From Escherichia coli 042 (GTDB lineage Bacteria; Pseudomonadota; Gammaproteobacteria; Enterobacterales; Enterobacteriaceae), in the NCBI RefSeq assembly GCF_000027125.1, contig NC_017626.1: DNA of 64,000 bases; one strand, 5' to 3'. Positions 1-10,702 of the stretch are shown here, piece after piece; positions within the stretch are counted from its first letter, which is position 1, and each line of letters opens with the position of its first letter. The notes beneath the pieces are model-generated. The model saw only the letters and a list, made by a program, of their open reading frames with translations, had not been told where the DNA came from and ran no database searches. The position numbers were made by a program, and so were the translations under genes.

Positions 1-183
1 AACTTGTTCATTACTCAAGAATTCTTCGGCATGCGGGTCGATACGGACAATTCGGTAAAACTCAATACTCAGATAATGGGCATGCGCAACGGCAATTTCC
101 GCGGCTTTAGCACGAATGAGCGGATCTGCTTGTTCGACAAGCCCGGTCCACTCATCTTTCATTCTTTTAAAATACATCTCCAT
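1..183 (-). CDS. dosC: Diguanylate cyclase DosC (globin-coupled sensor), N-terminal 61 codons only; gene runs off the left edge
   Basis: Reverse complement of 183..1 translates MEMYFKRMKDEWTGLVEQADPLIRAKAAEIAVAHAHYLSIEFYRIVRIDPHAEEFLSNEQV, matching the DosC N-terminus from memory; ATG is cat at 181..183 on the + strand. Confidence 0.85.
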   Translation of the reverse strand, partial: MEMYFKRMKDEWTGLVEQADPLIRAKAAEIAVAHAHYLSIEFYRIVRIDPHAEEFLSNEQV

Positions 184-558
184 AATTCACACCCTTATAA
201 GGCTGGGAAAGCAGACGGAATCAAAACGAAACGCAACGTGCGAGGTCGACTAACTGCACCATATTCTCCTGAAATATGAAGATATACTGAAAACAAATAA
301 GCGACTTAGGACAGTTTCAATCTACGCTACTGTTCTTCAGAAGAGTATAGCCCATCGTAATTATTTTTCGGTGACAGCGAATATCGTATGTTTTTTCATA
401 TTCATACATTTTTATTAGGGGATTTATGACTGTTTAACTAAGTGTGGTTAATTGCGTAGTTAATTTGACTTAAGTAAGCATGATTACTAGTGGGATATTT
501 CAAGAGGGTAACAAGCCGGGGGAAAAGCACCGGCTTGTTACAAAGTAAGAATGGGAGT

Positions 559-1878
559 TTAACTGCCCCAACGACTTTGCAGATAGCTGACCGCTTGTTG
601 AGTCTGTGGCTTATTCAGATAGTCCTCACGGAACAAGATTGTGCCGCTAATTTCTGGCACGGCATCGTTAAGATCGAGCTGCTTTTTCAGTTCCGGTACG
701 CCGCCGTTAATCATCCAGTCTGGCTCTATTTTTGAAGGTTCACCCACTTTATAGAAGGCGATACCGATATACAGGCGGGTCCTGGTCGGTTTAACGACAT
801 CCGCCCACCATTTTGCCAAAACGTCATAACGTGCGGCACTCCGTGAGAACGGCCAGTAAATTTGGGGAGCAATGTAATCCAGCAATCCTTGTTCCACCCA
901 TCGACGGGTGTCAGCGTAGGATTCGTCATAGGCTGCCGCGCCTCGGGTATCGGAACCGAGCGGATCGTGTGATCGGTTACGCCACACGCCTGCCGGGCTA
1001 ACGCCAAATTCGACTTCCGGCTTAATGCTTTTAATGGTGTGCGATACCTTCGCAATTAACTGCTGAGTATTGTTGCGCCGCCAGTCTGCTTTTGACGCAA
1101 ATGCGCCTCCGTATTTGCGGTACGTTTCGTTATCATTTAGCCGTGAACCCGGTGACTCAGTATAGAAATAGTCGTCAAACTGCACGCCATCTACCGGATA
1201 GCGGGAAACCACTTCCGCGACTATTGATGTGATCCAGTCCTGAACTTCAGGGATGCCCGGGTCGAGGACAAAGCGATCGCCGGACGTTCTGATCCAGTCG
1301 CGGTGTTGCACATAGACGCTCGCTGGTTGTTGAGCCAGAGTGCTATTCAGTTCCCTGATAGTACCGGGCTTCGTATTAACCGATACGCGATAGGGGTTAA
1401 ACCATGCGTGTACTTTCATCCCACGCTTGTGGGCTTCGTCGAGCATGAATTGCAGCGGATCGTAACCTGGATTTTCACCAATCTTTCCGGTCATAAGATC
1501 GGACCACGGCAAAATTTTTGATGGCCACAGGGCGGTACCGTCCGGCTTGACCTGGAAAAAGACCGTGTTTATGCCGAGACGTTGCAGATGATCCAGTTTG
1601 TCGATCATCGCCTGTTGTTGTACACGGGCCCGGCTGGTGGGGTTACTAATGTTAACCGAGGAAACCGGTGGCCAGTCGAGGCGAGACACCGTGGCCAGCC
1701 AGATGCCACGCATCGGTTGTGACGATTGTTGCGTCGTGGCTGGTGGCTTTGAACCCGCTGGTGGTGTCACCATGGACTCTGGAGGCGTGTTTTTACAACT
1801 ACACAGTAAAAGTGCCAGTGCAACCAGTATCGCTGGTCTTCTAATCGCTAATTTCTCGTTTCGGGAGCAGATATCCAT
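559..1878 (-). CDS. yddW: YddW/DigH lipoprotein, glycoside-hydrolase-like
   Basis: 439-aa ORF with lipoprotein-type signal (LLLCSC); position between dosC and gadC as in K-12. Confidence 0.85.
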   Translation of the reverse strand: MDICSRNEKLAIRRPAILVALALLLCSCKNTPPESMVTPPAGSKPPATTQQSSQPMRGIWLATVSRLDWPPVSSVNISNPTSRARVQQQAMIDKLDHLQRLGINTVFFQVKPDGTALWPSKILPWSDLMTGKIGENPGYDPLQFMLDEAHKRGMKVHAWFNPYRVSVNTKPGTIRELNSTLAQQPASVYVQHRDWIRTSGDRFVLDPGIPEVQDWITSIVAEVVSRYPVDGVQFDDYFYTESPGSRLNDNETYRKYGGAFASKADWRRNNTQQLIAKVSHTIKSIKPEVEFGVSPAGVWRNRSHDPLGSDTRGAAAYDESYADTRRWVEQGLLDYIAPQIYWPFSRSAARYDVLAKWWADVVKPTRTRLYIGIAFYKVGEPSKIEPDWMINGGVPELKKQLDLNDAVPEISGTILFREDYLNKPQTQQAVSYLQSRWGS

Positions 1879-1952
1879 ATGTGCTGGTTTCCGGTAAACA
1901 GATGTGCGCTCATTCTCGTACTTATCCCGGTTAAGTCAATACGACAGCAAGC

Positions 1953-1985
1953 ACGAAAAAGGGAGCGATGAATTATCGCTCCCTT
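1953..1985 (-). terminator. Intrinsic terminator downstream of gadC
   Basis: Perfect hairpin agggagcgat-gaatt-atcgctccct (1960..1984) followed on the minus strand by a T-run (A-run 1956..1960 on +); 25 to 50 nt after the gadC stop. Confidence 0.7.
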
Positions 1986-2008
1986 ATCTTATAACCATTC
2001 AGACATGG

Positions 2009-3544
2009 TTAGTGTTTCTTGTCATTCATCACAATATAGTGTGGTGAACGTGCACGCGGGTGCAGGAAGAAGTGACCTTTTGGTGCGTTCTGACTGTTGA
2101 TTGGCTCCAGAGTGACGCCGGTATTCCCTTTGCCTTTACGATCATGAACAGCATAGAGAATAAAGGGCAGGGCAAGTACCACCAGGAAACTAACGACCAG
2201 TAATTCAACATACATATCGGTAGAGTCACCCTGGATGTTATCCGGCGGCAGGAAGGAAACAATAAACGCCATAATTGAAGTCAGCAGACCGACAACAGCC
2301 ACGACCAGTTTCACCCCTTTACCACCAGGGATATTAAATGTGCGTTTTAAGTCAGGATGTTTAAGAACCAACACAATGTAGCCAATAAACAGCATGAAAT
2401 AAGCACACAGATAAATCACCACCGTCAGCGCCAGTGCGATCAGGAAGGACATGTTGTTACCGCCACCGGTATTGGTGAGGATGATCAACGCGATAGAAGT
2501 AATCACCAGCTGCGAAATGACCAGCGTTACCGGTACGCCATTTTTGTTCATTTTAGCGAATGCTGCTGGCAGCAGGTTTTTCTGCGCTGTGACATACATC
2601 CCGCGAGAAGGACCAACAATCCAGGAGGCGATTTCCGCCAGAACACCCAGCAACAGCAGTGCGGAGATCACGCGAACCGTCCACTCAATTTCCGGTGCCA
2701 CATGGGACATCAGAACGGTAAAGGTTTGCATTACACCTGCGGAGAGGTTGATTTCATTACCCGGAATGACCATCGCAATAGACAAACCGCCAACAGAGCT
2801 TAAGCAGATTGCCGCCACCATCAGCAGTAACATAGCCAGTGGATAGTCGCGCCCTGGATTGCTCATTTCATTGACGTGGGTTGCGGAAGCTTCAACGCCC
2901 ATATAACTCAAAATGAAGGCAACAAATACAACCAGGGTGCCCACTTTAGAGAAGTCAGGGAAGAAGGTCTTCGAATCCATTTCGATAGCAACGGGGGCAC
3001 CGGAGTGCAGATAAATAGCCGCTAATGCGATCAAAATAAATGCAGGTAACAGGATACCGGCGAAGAAGCCAACTTTAGCAATTCGCGCCGTGTATTTCGT
3101 GCCACCAAACTGCGTTAATGCCAGCGCCCAAAGAATGATGAGTGCTGCAATAGTTTTGGTAATGGGGTCTTCATTCAGCGCTGGCCATTTCAGGATGTAG
3201 GAGAGTGCCCCTAACACGAAATAGAGCATCGGAATAAAACCAATGGCGATTTGCAGATAGCCAAATGAGATCGCTGCAAATCCCCACCTCGGCCCCAGAG
3301 TATTTGATACCCAGGCGAAGACACCACCTTCTTCCCAGCCGTCGACGGTGGCCATTTCCGCAGCACAAAGTCCCACGGGAATAAACCATAAAATCCCGCC
3401 TAATAGCAGGAAGAAGACTAATGAAAAGCCCGATGTTGCGAAGGTAGGGTATTCATAAACAGCCATTACCATCGATGCCGTTATGGCAAAGAATCCGAGT
3501 AATGTGAGCTGCTTAGCTTTACCTGTCTGTACTGATGTAGCCAT
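2009..3544 (-). CDS. gadC: Glutamate:GABA antiporter GadC
   Basis: 511-aa polytopic membrane ORF directly downstream of gadB; length and sequence match GadC. Confidence 0.93.
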   Translation of the reverse strand: MATSVQTGKAKQLTLLGFFAITASMVMAVYEYPTFATSGFSLVFFLLLGGILWFIPVGLCAAEMATVDGWEEGGVFAWVSNTLGPRWGFAAISFGYLQIAIGFIPMLYFVLGALSYILKWPALNEDPITKTIAALIILWALALTQFGGTKYTARIAKVGFFAGILLPAFILIALAAIYLHSGAPVAIEMDSKTFFPDFSKVGTLVVFVAFILSYMGVEASATHVNEMSNPGRDYPLAMLLLMVAAICLSSVGGLSIAMVIPGNEINLSAGVMQTFTVLMSHVAPEIEWTVRVISALLLLGVLAEIASWIVGPSRGMYVTAQKNLLPAAFAKMNKNGVPVTLVISQLVITSIALIILTNTGGGNNMSFLIALALTVVIYLCAYFMLFIGYIVLVLKHPDLKRTFNIPGGKGVKLVVAVVGLLTSIMAFIVSFLPPDNIQGDSTDMYVELLVVSFLVVLALPFILYAVHDRKGKGNTGVTLEPINSQNAPKGHFFLHPRARSPHYIVMNDKKH

Positions 3545-3653
3545 ATTATCCCCCTAAAACGGTATTCCTGTCGGAACCGCACCTGTTTTGTTCTGAAGCG
3601 TATTCAGAACAATATTTTCCGTTGCTAATGCCAGTGAACAGACTTTGGAAATT

Positions 3654-3679
3654 GTCCCGAAACGGGTTCGTTTCGGGAC
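3654..3679 (-). other. Intercistronic stem-loop between gadB and gadC
   Basis: Perfect 10-bp inverted repeat gtcccgaaac / gtttcgggac with a 6-nt loop; no U-run follows on the coding strand, so not a canonical terminator. Confidence 0.45.
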
Positions 3680-3699
3680 ACCGTTACCGTTAAACGTTA

Positions 3700-5100
3700 T
3701 CAGGTATGTTTAAAGCTGTTCTGCTGGGCAATACCCTGCAGTTTCGGGTGGTCGCTGAGATATTTCAGGGAGGCTTTGTAGTCTTCCAGCAACAGTTCAG
3801 CAAAGTCCATTTCGAAGCCGCGACGACACATAATGCGCATCACCACGATGTCGGTGGCTTCACCGCCAAGAGTGAAGGCCGGAACCTGCCAGCCGCGCAG
3901 ACGCAGACGTTCAGAGAGGTCGTACAGGGTGTATCCCGGATCTTCACCATCTTTCAGTTTGAAGCAAACCGCCGGGATGCCTTCGTCCGGGCGACCGGTA
4001 CAGATGAACTCATACGGCCCCAGTTTGGCGATTTCATCCGCCAGATAAGCGGCAACCTGGTAAGAGGCGTTCTGTACTTTGGTATAGCCTTCACGACCGA
4101 GGCGCAGGAATTCATAGTACTGTGCAATTACCTGACCCGCCGGGCGGGAGAAGTTGATGGCGAAAGTCCCAATCTGACCACCGAGGTAGTCAACGTTGAA
4201 CACCAGTTCCTGCGGCAGCGCTTCTTCATCACGCCAGATAACCCAGCCGCAGCCCAGCGGAGCCAGACCGAATTTATGGCCTGAAGCACTGATCGATTTC
4301 ACACGCGGCAGGCGGAAGTCCCAGACGATATCCGGGGCGACGAACGGTGCCAGGAAGCCACCGCTGGCGGCGTCGATGTGCATGTCGATGTCGATACCGG
4401 TGTCGGCCTGGAATTTATCCAGCGCATCGTGCAGCGGTTGCGGGAACTCATAGTTACCGGTGTAGGTCACGCCGAAAGTCGGCACCACGCCGATGGTGTT
4501 TTCGTCGCAGGCTTCAATCATGCGTTTCGGGTCCATAAACAACTGACCGGGGCGCATAGGGATCTCACGCAGCTCCACATCCCAGTAGCGGGCGAATTTA
4601 TGCCAGCAGATTTGCACCGGACCGCACACCAGGTTTGGTTTATCCGTTGGTTTGCCTGCAGCTTCCATACGCTTGCGCCAACGCCATTTCATCGCCATCC
4701 CGCCGAGCATACAGGCCTCGGAAGAACCAATGGTGTTGGTGCCAACGGCCTGACCATTTTTCGGCGCAGGCGCATGCCACAGATCGGCAACCATGTTTAC
4801 GCAACGCAGGTCGATGGCTGCAGATTGCGGATATTCTTCTTTGTCGATCCAGTTTTTGTTAATGGATAAATCCATCAACTTGTGGACATTTTCGTCGTCC
4901 CAGGTCTGGCAGAAAGTGGCCAGGTTCTGACGAGCGTTGCCATCAAGATATAATTCGTCATTGATAATCTGAAATGCGACATCGTCGCGCATTTCGTGCA
5001 GCGGAAAACGTTTTGATTCTGCGATAGTGGAAATAGACTTCGCACCAAAACGTGAATCGAGTAGTTCCGACCTTAAATCCGTTACTAGCTTCTTATCCAT
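3700..5100 (-). CDS. gadB: Glutamate decarboxylase beta (PLP-dependent)
   Basis: ORF translation from [24 protein letters not shown] onward matches GadB (466 aa). True ATG is at 5098..5100; the track ORF begins 23 codons upstream. Confidence 0.93.
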   Translation of the reverse strand: MDKKLVTDLRSELLDSRFGAKSISTIAESKRFPLHEMRDDVAFQIINDELYLDGNARQNLATFCQTWDDENVHKLMDLSINKNWIDKEEYPQSAAIDLRCVNMVADLWHAPAPKNGQAVGTNTIGSSEACMLGGMAMKWRWRKRMEAAGKPTDKPNLVCGPVQICWHKFARYWDVELREIPMRPGQLFMDPKRMIEACDENTIGVVPTFGVTYTGNYEFPQPLHDALDKFQADTGIDIDMHIDAASGGFLAPFVAPDIVWDFRLPRVKSISASGHKFGLAPLGCGWVIWRDEEALPQELVFNVDYLGGQIGTFAINFSRPAGQVIAQYYEFLRLGREGYTKVQNASYQVAAYLADEIAKLGPYEFICTGRPDEGIPAVCFKLKDGEDPGYTLYDLSERLRLRGWQVPAFTLGGEATDIVVMRIMCRRGFEMDFAELLLEDYKASLKYLSDHPKLQGIAQQNSFKHT

Positions 5101-5179
5101 TTTAAACTCCTTAAAATGATTGGATCGCATTAAAAAAGTAGGATTTATCGATAAAGTAAGCAAGTGCAAAGGACTCGTG

Positions 5180-5199
5180 TTTAAATAACAAAATCCTAA
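5180..5199 (-). promoter_or_regulatory. gad box (GadE/GadX binding element) of the gadBC promoter
   Basis: + strand tttaaataacaaaatcctaa is the exact reverse complement of the 20-bp gad box consensus TTAGGATTTTGTTATTTAAA; it lies 80 to 99 bp upstream of the gadB ATG. Confidence 0.85.
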
Positions 5200-5461
5200 T
5201 GTTATTTATCGTGAGATATTATGCGAATAATGTTTTTTCATTGAAAATCAATACATTATTGAATTATTGGGTGGTAGCAAGGTGTTTTGTGTTGTTATTT
5301 TTATGCACTTTCTACGCCTCCTGAATTATCACGTAAAAATCAGACCTTAAAATATCACTATTAGTACTTGGTTATTATTTTGAACGCATTTATAAAATTA
5401 TTACATAAAAATAGCGAATATTGATAAAATCCCCGCCAACGATGTGTTGACGGGGCTGTTA

Positions 5462-8257
5462 TTATTTTGGCAATAATACTCCGGTATAGGTATTCACCGG
5501 ATGAGAAAGATATTGTTTAACGGCAGTGTTAACATTCTCTACCGTCATTTGTTTCAATAATTGCTCCTGCTCAGTCCATGCTGCAGGATCGTCATATTGA
5601 ATAAGACTATTTACAATGGTGTTCGCTAATTGTTGAACGCTACGCTGTTGGATATCGAGGCTGCGCTGAACGTTTTGCTGGTATTCGTTCAGTTCTTGCT
5701 CACTGATCCCTTTAGCCAGACGCTTAACCATCACTTCATTCGCTAACGTTAACAGTTCATCATGTCGTTCCGGTTGACAAGTAAAAGCCAGCAAATGACT
5801 GATATCTTTGGCCTGAGGATCAACCGAGAGGCGAGAAGAAACGCTGTATGCCCCAGAGGCCTGTTCACGAATATTAACGCGTAGATCTTTTGCCAGTGCG
5901 ACGTTAAAAGCATCGAGCGCCATACGCGTCTCCAGATTAACCGGTGTCCGGGAATCATAACGCTTCCACTGTGAAACCTGTGCCACAGGTTCATTTTGTT
6001 CTTTTACAGTAACCGATGCGTTGTCCGTCGCGCGAGTTAATGGTTTACCTGCGGCTAATGGCGAATCAGAGTGTTTGATTGATCCTAAGTAAAGCGTAAT
6101 TAACGGCAGGAGTTTGTCTTCTGCGACATTACCGACAATGACAAACGTGATATCCGCTGGAGATGAAAACAACTGGCGATCGGCAGCCAGCGCATCTGCG
6201 GCAGTAAACTGTGCAATCTGATTTTCTTGCAGTAATTTCGTGCGGTCATCAGCATAGCGCGTCTCATACATCTGCTGGGCGAATTTCTCCGCTGGACGCT
6301 GGTCGAGCGTTTTCAACGCCTGAATTTGAGCATTTTGTAGCGATGCCCAAATATTATCGTTAATCGTGCTGTGGGTGATTCGCTGGTTAATCAACTGGAA
6401 ACCAGGTTCAGGGTTATTAGTCCGCGCGCTAACAGAGAGCAATGTATTCATGCCACTGACTTTACTGCTCAAGGTTACCGAGTTTTCCGCACTCCAGCGT
6501 TTCAGGCTGGAAGAGGAGAGTTCACCAACGCCGCTTCCGCTTACTGCTTTATTTGCCAGCGCGATAAGTGATTTTTGCTGCGCAGGGAAACTTAAATCGC
6601 CTTTATAAGATACGGCAGTAATTTGTAGCTTTTGCTCTTCACCCGCGGATTTTGCCAGAATAACCCTGGCACCATTGGAAAGTGTTAATGATGTCAGATT
6701 CTCAGCCAGCGTTTCTTTGCTGCTAATTTCCGCCTGTGGGTCAGCGTCTACTGTTAACGATAAATTTCTGCCTGGGAAGATGTAAGCCGCCAGCTTTTTG
6801 TTGGCGTACTCTTTTTCCAGCGCCAGGATAGCCGCAGGAGACAATGCTTTTTTGGCAGCAACCTCATTGTTTACCATTTGCTCCCAAAATGCATCCTGGT
6901 TCTTTCTTAACTGCTGCCATTTTTCCGCCAGACTTTGCACGGTAATTTGCTGCCACAGACGTTTCGAAAGTTGATATGTCTCTTCCGGCGACAAGAACGG
7001 CGTATTATTTAATGAGCTGGATGCCAGGCGACTGGTCAGCATACGTAAATCACGTTCAGCTTGCTGATCAACCGCATTTTTCAGCCAGGTGAGGCGGGTA
7101 GATTTGACATCATCGAGTTCTTCAGCAGAAAAACCATGCTGATCAATAGTTGCCAACTCTGCCATTAATGCATTCGCAGCATCCTGCATATTATCGTCTC
7201 GTGCATTTACACGGAAAAACAGCGACTGATAATCGGGTGCAATTTTAACGCTGCGCGCAGTGCCGCCAGAAATAGTCTTCAACTCGCCCGACTGTATGCG
7301 TTCCTGCAGACGCTGATTGAACAGCTGAACCAACATGCTCCATTCAGCTTGTTCGATAAAGCTTTGCTCATCGCTCACTTGCACCATTGGCAGGCGATAA
7401 TAGAGTGCGATGCCGTTCACCCGGTTTTCTTTATCATTAATGATATTAAAGCGCAGGTGGTTTTCGGCTTTTGTCGGCCAGACGCGATTTTCAGCTGCTT
7501 TGTTAGCCGGAAGCTTACTTAAATTATCCTTAATCAGCGCCAGCGCTTCTTTACTGTCGATATCGCCGACCACGATAAAGGTCATATTATTTGGTTGATA
7601 CCAGCGTTGATAAAATTGGCGCAATTGTGCCGGTGTGACCGTAGCGACAGTATCCATCACGCCGATAGGTTCACGGTCTAAATTACGGGTATTTGCCAGC
7701 AGGAAAGGGCGGCGCGCCTGAGAGGTGCGCCATTTCGCATCCTGATGGGCACGCCATTCCTCAGTAATTACGCCGCGTTCAGCGTCTACTTCGAGTTTTT
7801 CAAAGCTTGCGGCATTACTCCATTCACTAAAGATTGCCATCACTTGTTGCAGATTTTGTTTCTGCGTAGTCGGCAAACTCACCTGATACACCGTTTCGTC
7901 ATAGCTGGTATAGGCATTAACATCGCGACCAAAACGCAGGCCCATTGACTCAAATGTTTCGATGACTTTATTACCCGGCCATGTTTTTGTGCCGTTAAAC
8001 ATCATATGTTCTACAAAATGAGCCACGCCGCGCTCATTGTCCTCTTCCTGCAATGAACCGGTATGAATTTGCAGCCATAAATTTACCTGATCCTTTGGTT
8101 GAGCATGCGGATAAATCATATATCGCAAGCCATTGTCCAGTTGCCCGGTAATTAACTTTTCATCCTGCGGTAAGGCGGCGGCAATCAGTCGCCCGGGGAG
8201 CAACAGAGTTGCCACTAACGTCAGTAAGAAACAGAGGTTTCTCATAATTATCTCCAT
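5462..8257 (-). CDS. pqqL: M16-family zinc metallopeptidase PqqL
   Basis: HxxEH zinc motif (HFVEH) near the N-terminus; ~931 aa; start chosen at MEIIMRNLCF (track ORF begins 5 codons earlier). Confidence 0.88.
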   Translation of the reverse strand: MEIIMRNLCFLLTLVATLLLPGRLIAAALPQDEKLITGQLDNGLRYMIYPHAQPKDQVNLWLQIHTGSLQEEDNERGVAHFVEHMMFNGTKTWPGNKVIETFESMGLRFGRDVNAYTSYDETVYQVSLPTTQKQNLQQVMAIFSEWSNAASFEKLEVDAERGVITEEWRAHQDAKWRTSQARRPFLLANTRNLDREPIGVMDTVATVTPAQLRQFYQRWYQPNNMTFIVVGDIDSKEALALIKDNLSKLPANKAAENRVWPTKAENHLRFNIINDKENRVNGIALYYRLPMVQVSDEQSFIEQAEWSMLVQLFNQRLQERIQSGELKTISGGTARSVKIAPDYQSLFFRVNARDDNMQDAANALMAELATIDQHGFSAEELDDVKSTRLTWLKNAVDQQAERDLRMLTSRLASSSLNNTPFLSPEETYQLSKRLWQQITVQSLAEKWQQLRKNQDAFWEQMVNNEVAAKKALSPAAILALEKEYANKKLAAYIFPGRNLSLTVDADPQAEISSKETLAENLTSLTLSNGARVILAKSAGEEQKLQITAVSYKGDLSFPAQQKSLIALANKAVSGSGVGELSSSSLKRWSAENSVTLSSKVSGMNTLLSVSARTNNPEPGFQLINQRITHSTINDNIWASLQNAQIQALKTLDQRPAEKFAQQMYETRYADDRTKLLQENQIAQFTAADALAADRQLFSSPADITFVIVGNVAEDKLLPLITLYLGSIKHSDSPLAAGKPLTRATDNASVTVKEQNEPVAQVSQWKRYDSRTPVNLETRMALDAFNVALAKDLRVNIREQASGAYSVSSRLSVDPQAKDISHLLAFTCQPERHDELLTLANEVMVKRLAKGISEQELNEYQQNVQRSLDIQQRSVQQLANTIVNSLIQYDDPAAWTEQEQLLKQMTVENVNTAVKQYLSHPVNTYTGVLLPK

Positions 8258-8301
8258 GCGAAAACCGGGCAAATTTACCCGGTTAAGTAAAATCCGAACT
8301 A

Positions 8302-10674
8302 TTAAAATTTCATGCTGACATCAAGCCAGAAAGTACGGCCACTGGCGTAGGTCGCCACACCGGTATTCGTTGTATCAACCGCGGTTTTGCTATCCAGTAC
8401 ATTGAGAATATCGGCACTGATCGTCAGGTTTTGTTGTTTCAGAAATTGTGGCGTCCAGGACAAGCGGGTGTCCCAGGTCAGGCTGCTATCCAGTTTTTCG
8501 TCAACATACTGCTTGTAATCTGAATATTCGCTGATGTATTGCGCATTCGTCTTACCCAGGATAATGCGAGCTTTACGCGCTTCTTGCCAGGTCAGCGTAT
8601 TCGCCCACACCAACCCGCTCGGTTGATGCGTGAAATCCATGTTTAAGGAGATCTTTAGTGGATTATTAAAATCCGCCACTGGAACGCTATCGTAAGAGAC
8701 CAGATTACCGTTATAAACCACCCGGTTATCACCGGTATTGCTCTCCTCATAACCATTGTTTAACGACAAGTTGCCCTTGCTCTTGATATAGCTAAAGACA
8801 ATTTGCGGGTTAATATCTACCTGGCTGATATGCAGGGGTTCGGCCAGTTCAAAACTGAGGTTGAACGAATGCGTTTTGGTTTTGCCGTCGTTGTTATATT
8901 CAGTAATGGTGGTTTTAGTCGCGCTGTCGGTACGACTGCTTTTGCTGATTTGATCATGCGCTTCACGGTAAACATAGTTTGCGCGCGCAATAACGTTCTT
9001 ACCGATTTTTTGCTGCAATCCCATTGCCAGTTCATCGTTATAAGGCGTTTTCAAATCCTGATAACGCGTCAGGGTTTTATTGCCTGATACCGATTCCGTC
9101 CAGCTATTGCGGATATCACGTAATCCCATATCAAGAATATTCCCGCCATAGTAACGGTTATAACCGGCGGTAATCATTGAGGTTTGATCAGCAAAAATAT
9201 CCCATTCCGTCATAAAGCGCGGGGAGATATTGTGGTTTGACAGATAGTTGTCATAGTCATACCGCACGCCGGGCATTAATGACACATTACGCCAGCTAAT
9301 ACGATCCGCCATATACAGCGTGTAGTTGTCAATTCCCAGGCTGCCTTTACCTTTATGGTAAATGGTATGGTTAGTTTTCTTTCCGGCAGCATTAATCACA
9401 TAGGATTCAGACTGGTTATGGCGTTCAGTCCATGCATCGGAATAGATGTATTCCGCGCCGAAGTAGGGTTGATGCGAAACATTACCCACGGTGAATTTTT
9501 GCCAGTCCAGGCGTGTTTTGAAGGTGTAATTATCTACAGCCTGGGAAATGTGTCCTAATCCGCCACGGGTGCAACGCCCTGTAATATCACCATATGTACA
9601 TGAAAGTTCGGTGTACCAGATGTCATGATCGTGACGGGTATAATCACTAATATGATCCCAACCAACGGTGGTACGTAGTTTGGCCCATGCGAGCTGCGTA
9701 TCCATATCCCATGCCAGACCGTAGGATTTATTACCCATTTCGCGATCAGACTGCGGGAAGGTGCTGGTATTATAATCACGACTGGAGCCGGTATATTTTA
9801 ATGTTAAATCGTGGGTAAAGCGGTCGCTGGCAAACCAGGTAAATTTGCTCACTGCGGTATCGATAACGTTTTTATACTGTGCCCGACCGGCGACAATGCC
9901 GTCATTCGAAACATAATCCGCGCGGGTGATATCAGACTGGCGGCGCGATAAACCGGCGGTAACGCCGAAGTTATCAGCGAGTTCCTGATTAAACGCCAAA
10001 GTATAAAAGTTCTTTTTAAAATCTGGAGAGTAATAAGTACTTCCTGAAGAACCTTGATTAAATGCGCTCTTGTTATTCTCATCGATATGCGATGTTAACC
10101 AGTCCGAACGCGTAGTGCGATAACCCAGTTCCACGCTGCTATCATCAGCATTGAAGCGTTTGATCTTTGCATCAATTACCCCGCCATTGAAGCGACCAAA
10201 TTCAACCGGCACAAAACTGTCATAAAGCGTCACATTGTCCAGTAAGCTGACATCTAGATAATACCCCTGTGACATCCCGCTAATATTGGTTGCACTACTG
10301 GCATCGGACTCATTCGCTGGGTTCAGGTTATTAGTTGCACTAATACCATCAATCAAATAGGCATTCTGGTAGGGCGACGCACCGTGAATAGAGATTTTCT
10401 CCGGGCGAATATCTCCCTGGTTCAACGAGGTACTTTGCGTTGAATCCATGCGCACAGCAGGGTTGGTTCTCAGCAGATCGCTGATATTGCCATTCCCGGT
10501 CGGTAAACGCTCGATGCTTTCACTGGTGTAATGCGTATTGCCGTTTACGGGTACAGGGACAGGAGCATAGACCGTCATCTCTTCAAAAACATGCATGTAC
10601 ATGTTTTTGTCATCGACGGCCTGCGCCACATCAGCGCCACATAAAATGACGCCAGGAATAAGAACTCGCTTCAT
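8302..10674 (-). CDS. yddB: TonB-dependent outer-membrane receptor YddB
   Basis: 790-aa ORF with signal peptide and C-terminal aromatic residue (…LDVSMKF); sits between pqqL and yddA. Confidence 0.88.
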   Translation of the reverse strand: MKRVLIPGVILCGADVAQAVDDKNMYMHVFEEMTVYAPVPVPVNGNTHYTSESIERLPTGNGNISDLLRTNPAVRMDSTQSTSLNQGDIRPEKISIHGASPYQNAYLIDGISATNNLNPANESDASSATNISGMSQGYYLDVSLLDNVTLYDSFVPVEFGRFNGGVIDAKIKRFNADDSSVELGYRTTRSDWLTSHIDENNKSAFNQGSSGSTYYSPDFKKNFYTLAFNQELADNFGVTAGLSRRQSDITRADYVSNDGIVAGRAQYKNVIDTAVSKFTWFASDRFTHDLTLKYTGSSRDYNTSTFPQSDREMGNKSYGLAWDMDTQLAWAKLRTTVGWDHISDYTRHDHDIWYTELSCTYGDITGRCTRGGLGHISQAVDNYTFKTRLDWQKFTVGNVSHQPYFGAEYIYSDAWTERHNQSESYVINAAGKKTNHTIYHKGKGSLGIDNYTLYMADRISWRNVSLMPGVRYDYDNYLSNHNISPRFMTEWDIFADQTSMITAGYNRYYGGNILDMGLRDIRNSWTESVSGNKTLTRYQDLKTPYNDELAMGLQQKIGKNVIARANYVYREAHDQISKSSRTDSATKTTITEYNNDGKTKTHSFNLSFELAEPLHISQVDINPQIVFSYIKSKGNLSLNNGYEESNTGDNRVVYNGNLVSYDSVPVADFNNPLKISLNMDFTHQPSGLVWANTLTWQEARKARIILGKTNAQYISEYSDYKQYVDEKLDSSLTWDTRLSWTPQFLKQQNLTISADILNVLDSKTAVDTTNTGVATYASGRTFWLDVSMKF

Positions 10675-10702
10675 TTATTTTTATCTCCGTACAGCAGGGC
10701 TT

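Noticed and set aside
4-279. 91-aa + strand ORF at the left edge
   Set aside because: It lies antisense to the dosC N-terminal codons, whose minus-strand translation matches DosC; no RBS; treated as a shadow ORF.
2357-2846. 148-aa and 131-aa + strand ORFs
   Set aside because: Antisense within gadC; the product is low-complexity and His/Gln/Arg-rich.
3706-4284. 192-aa + strand ORF, plus other + strand ORFs between 3833 and 4869
   Set aside because: All are antisense within gadB, whose own frame gives a full-length GadB match.
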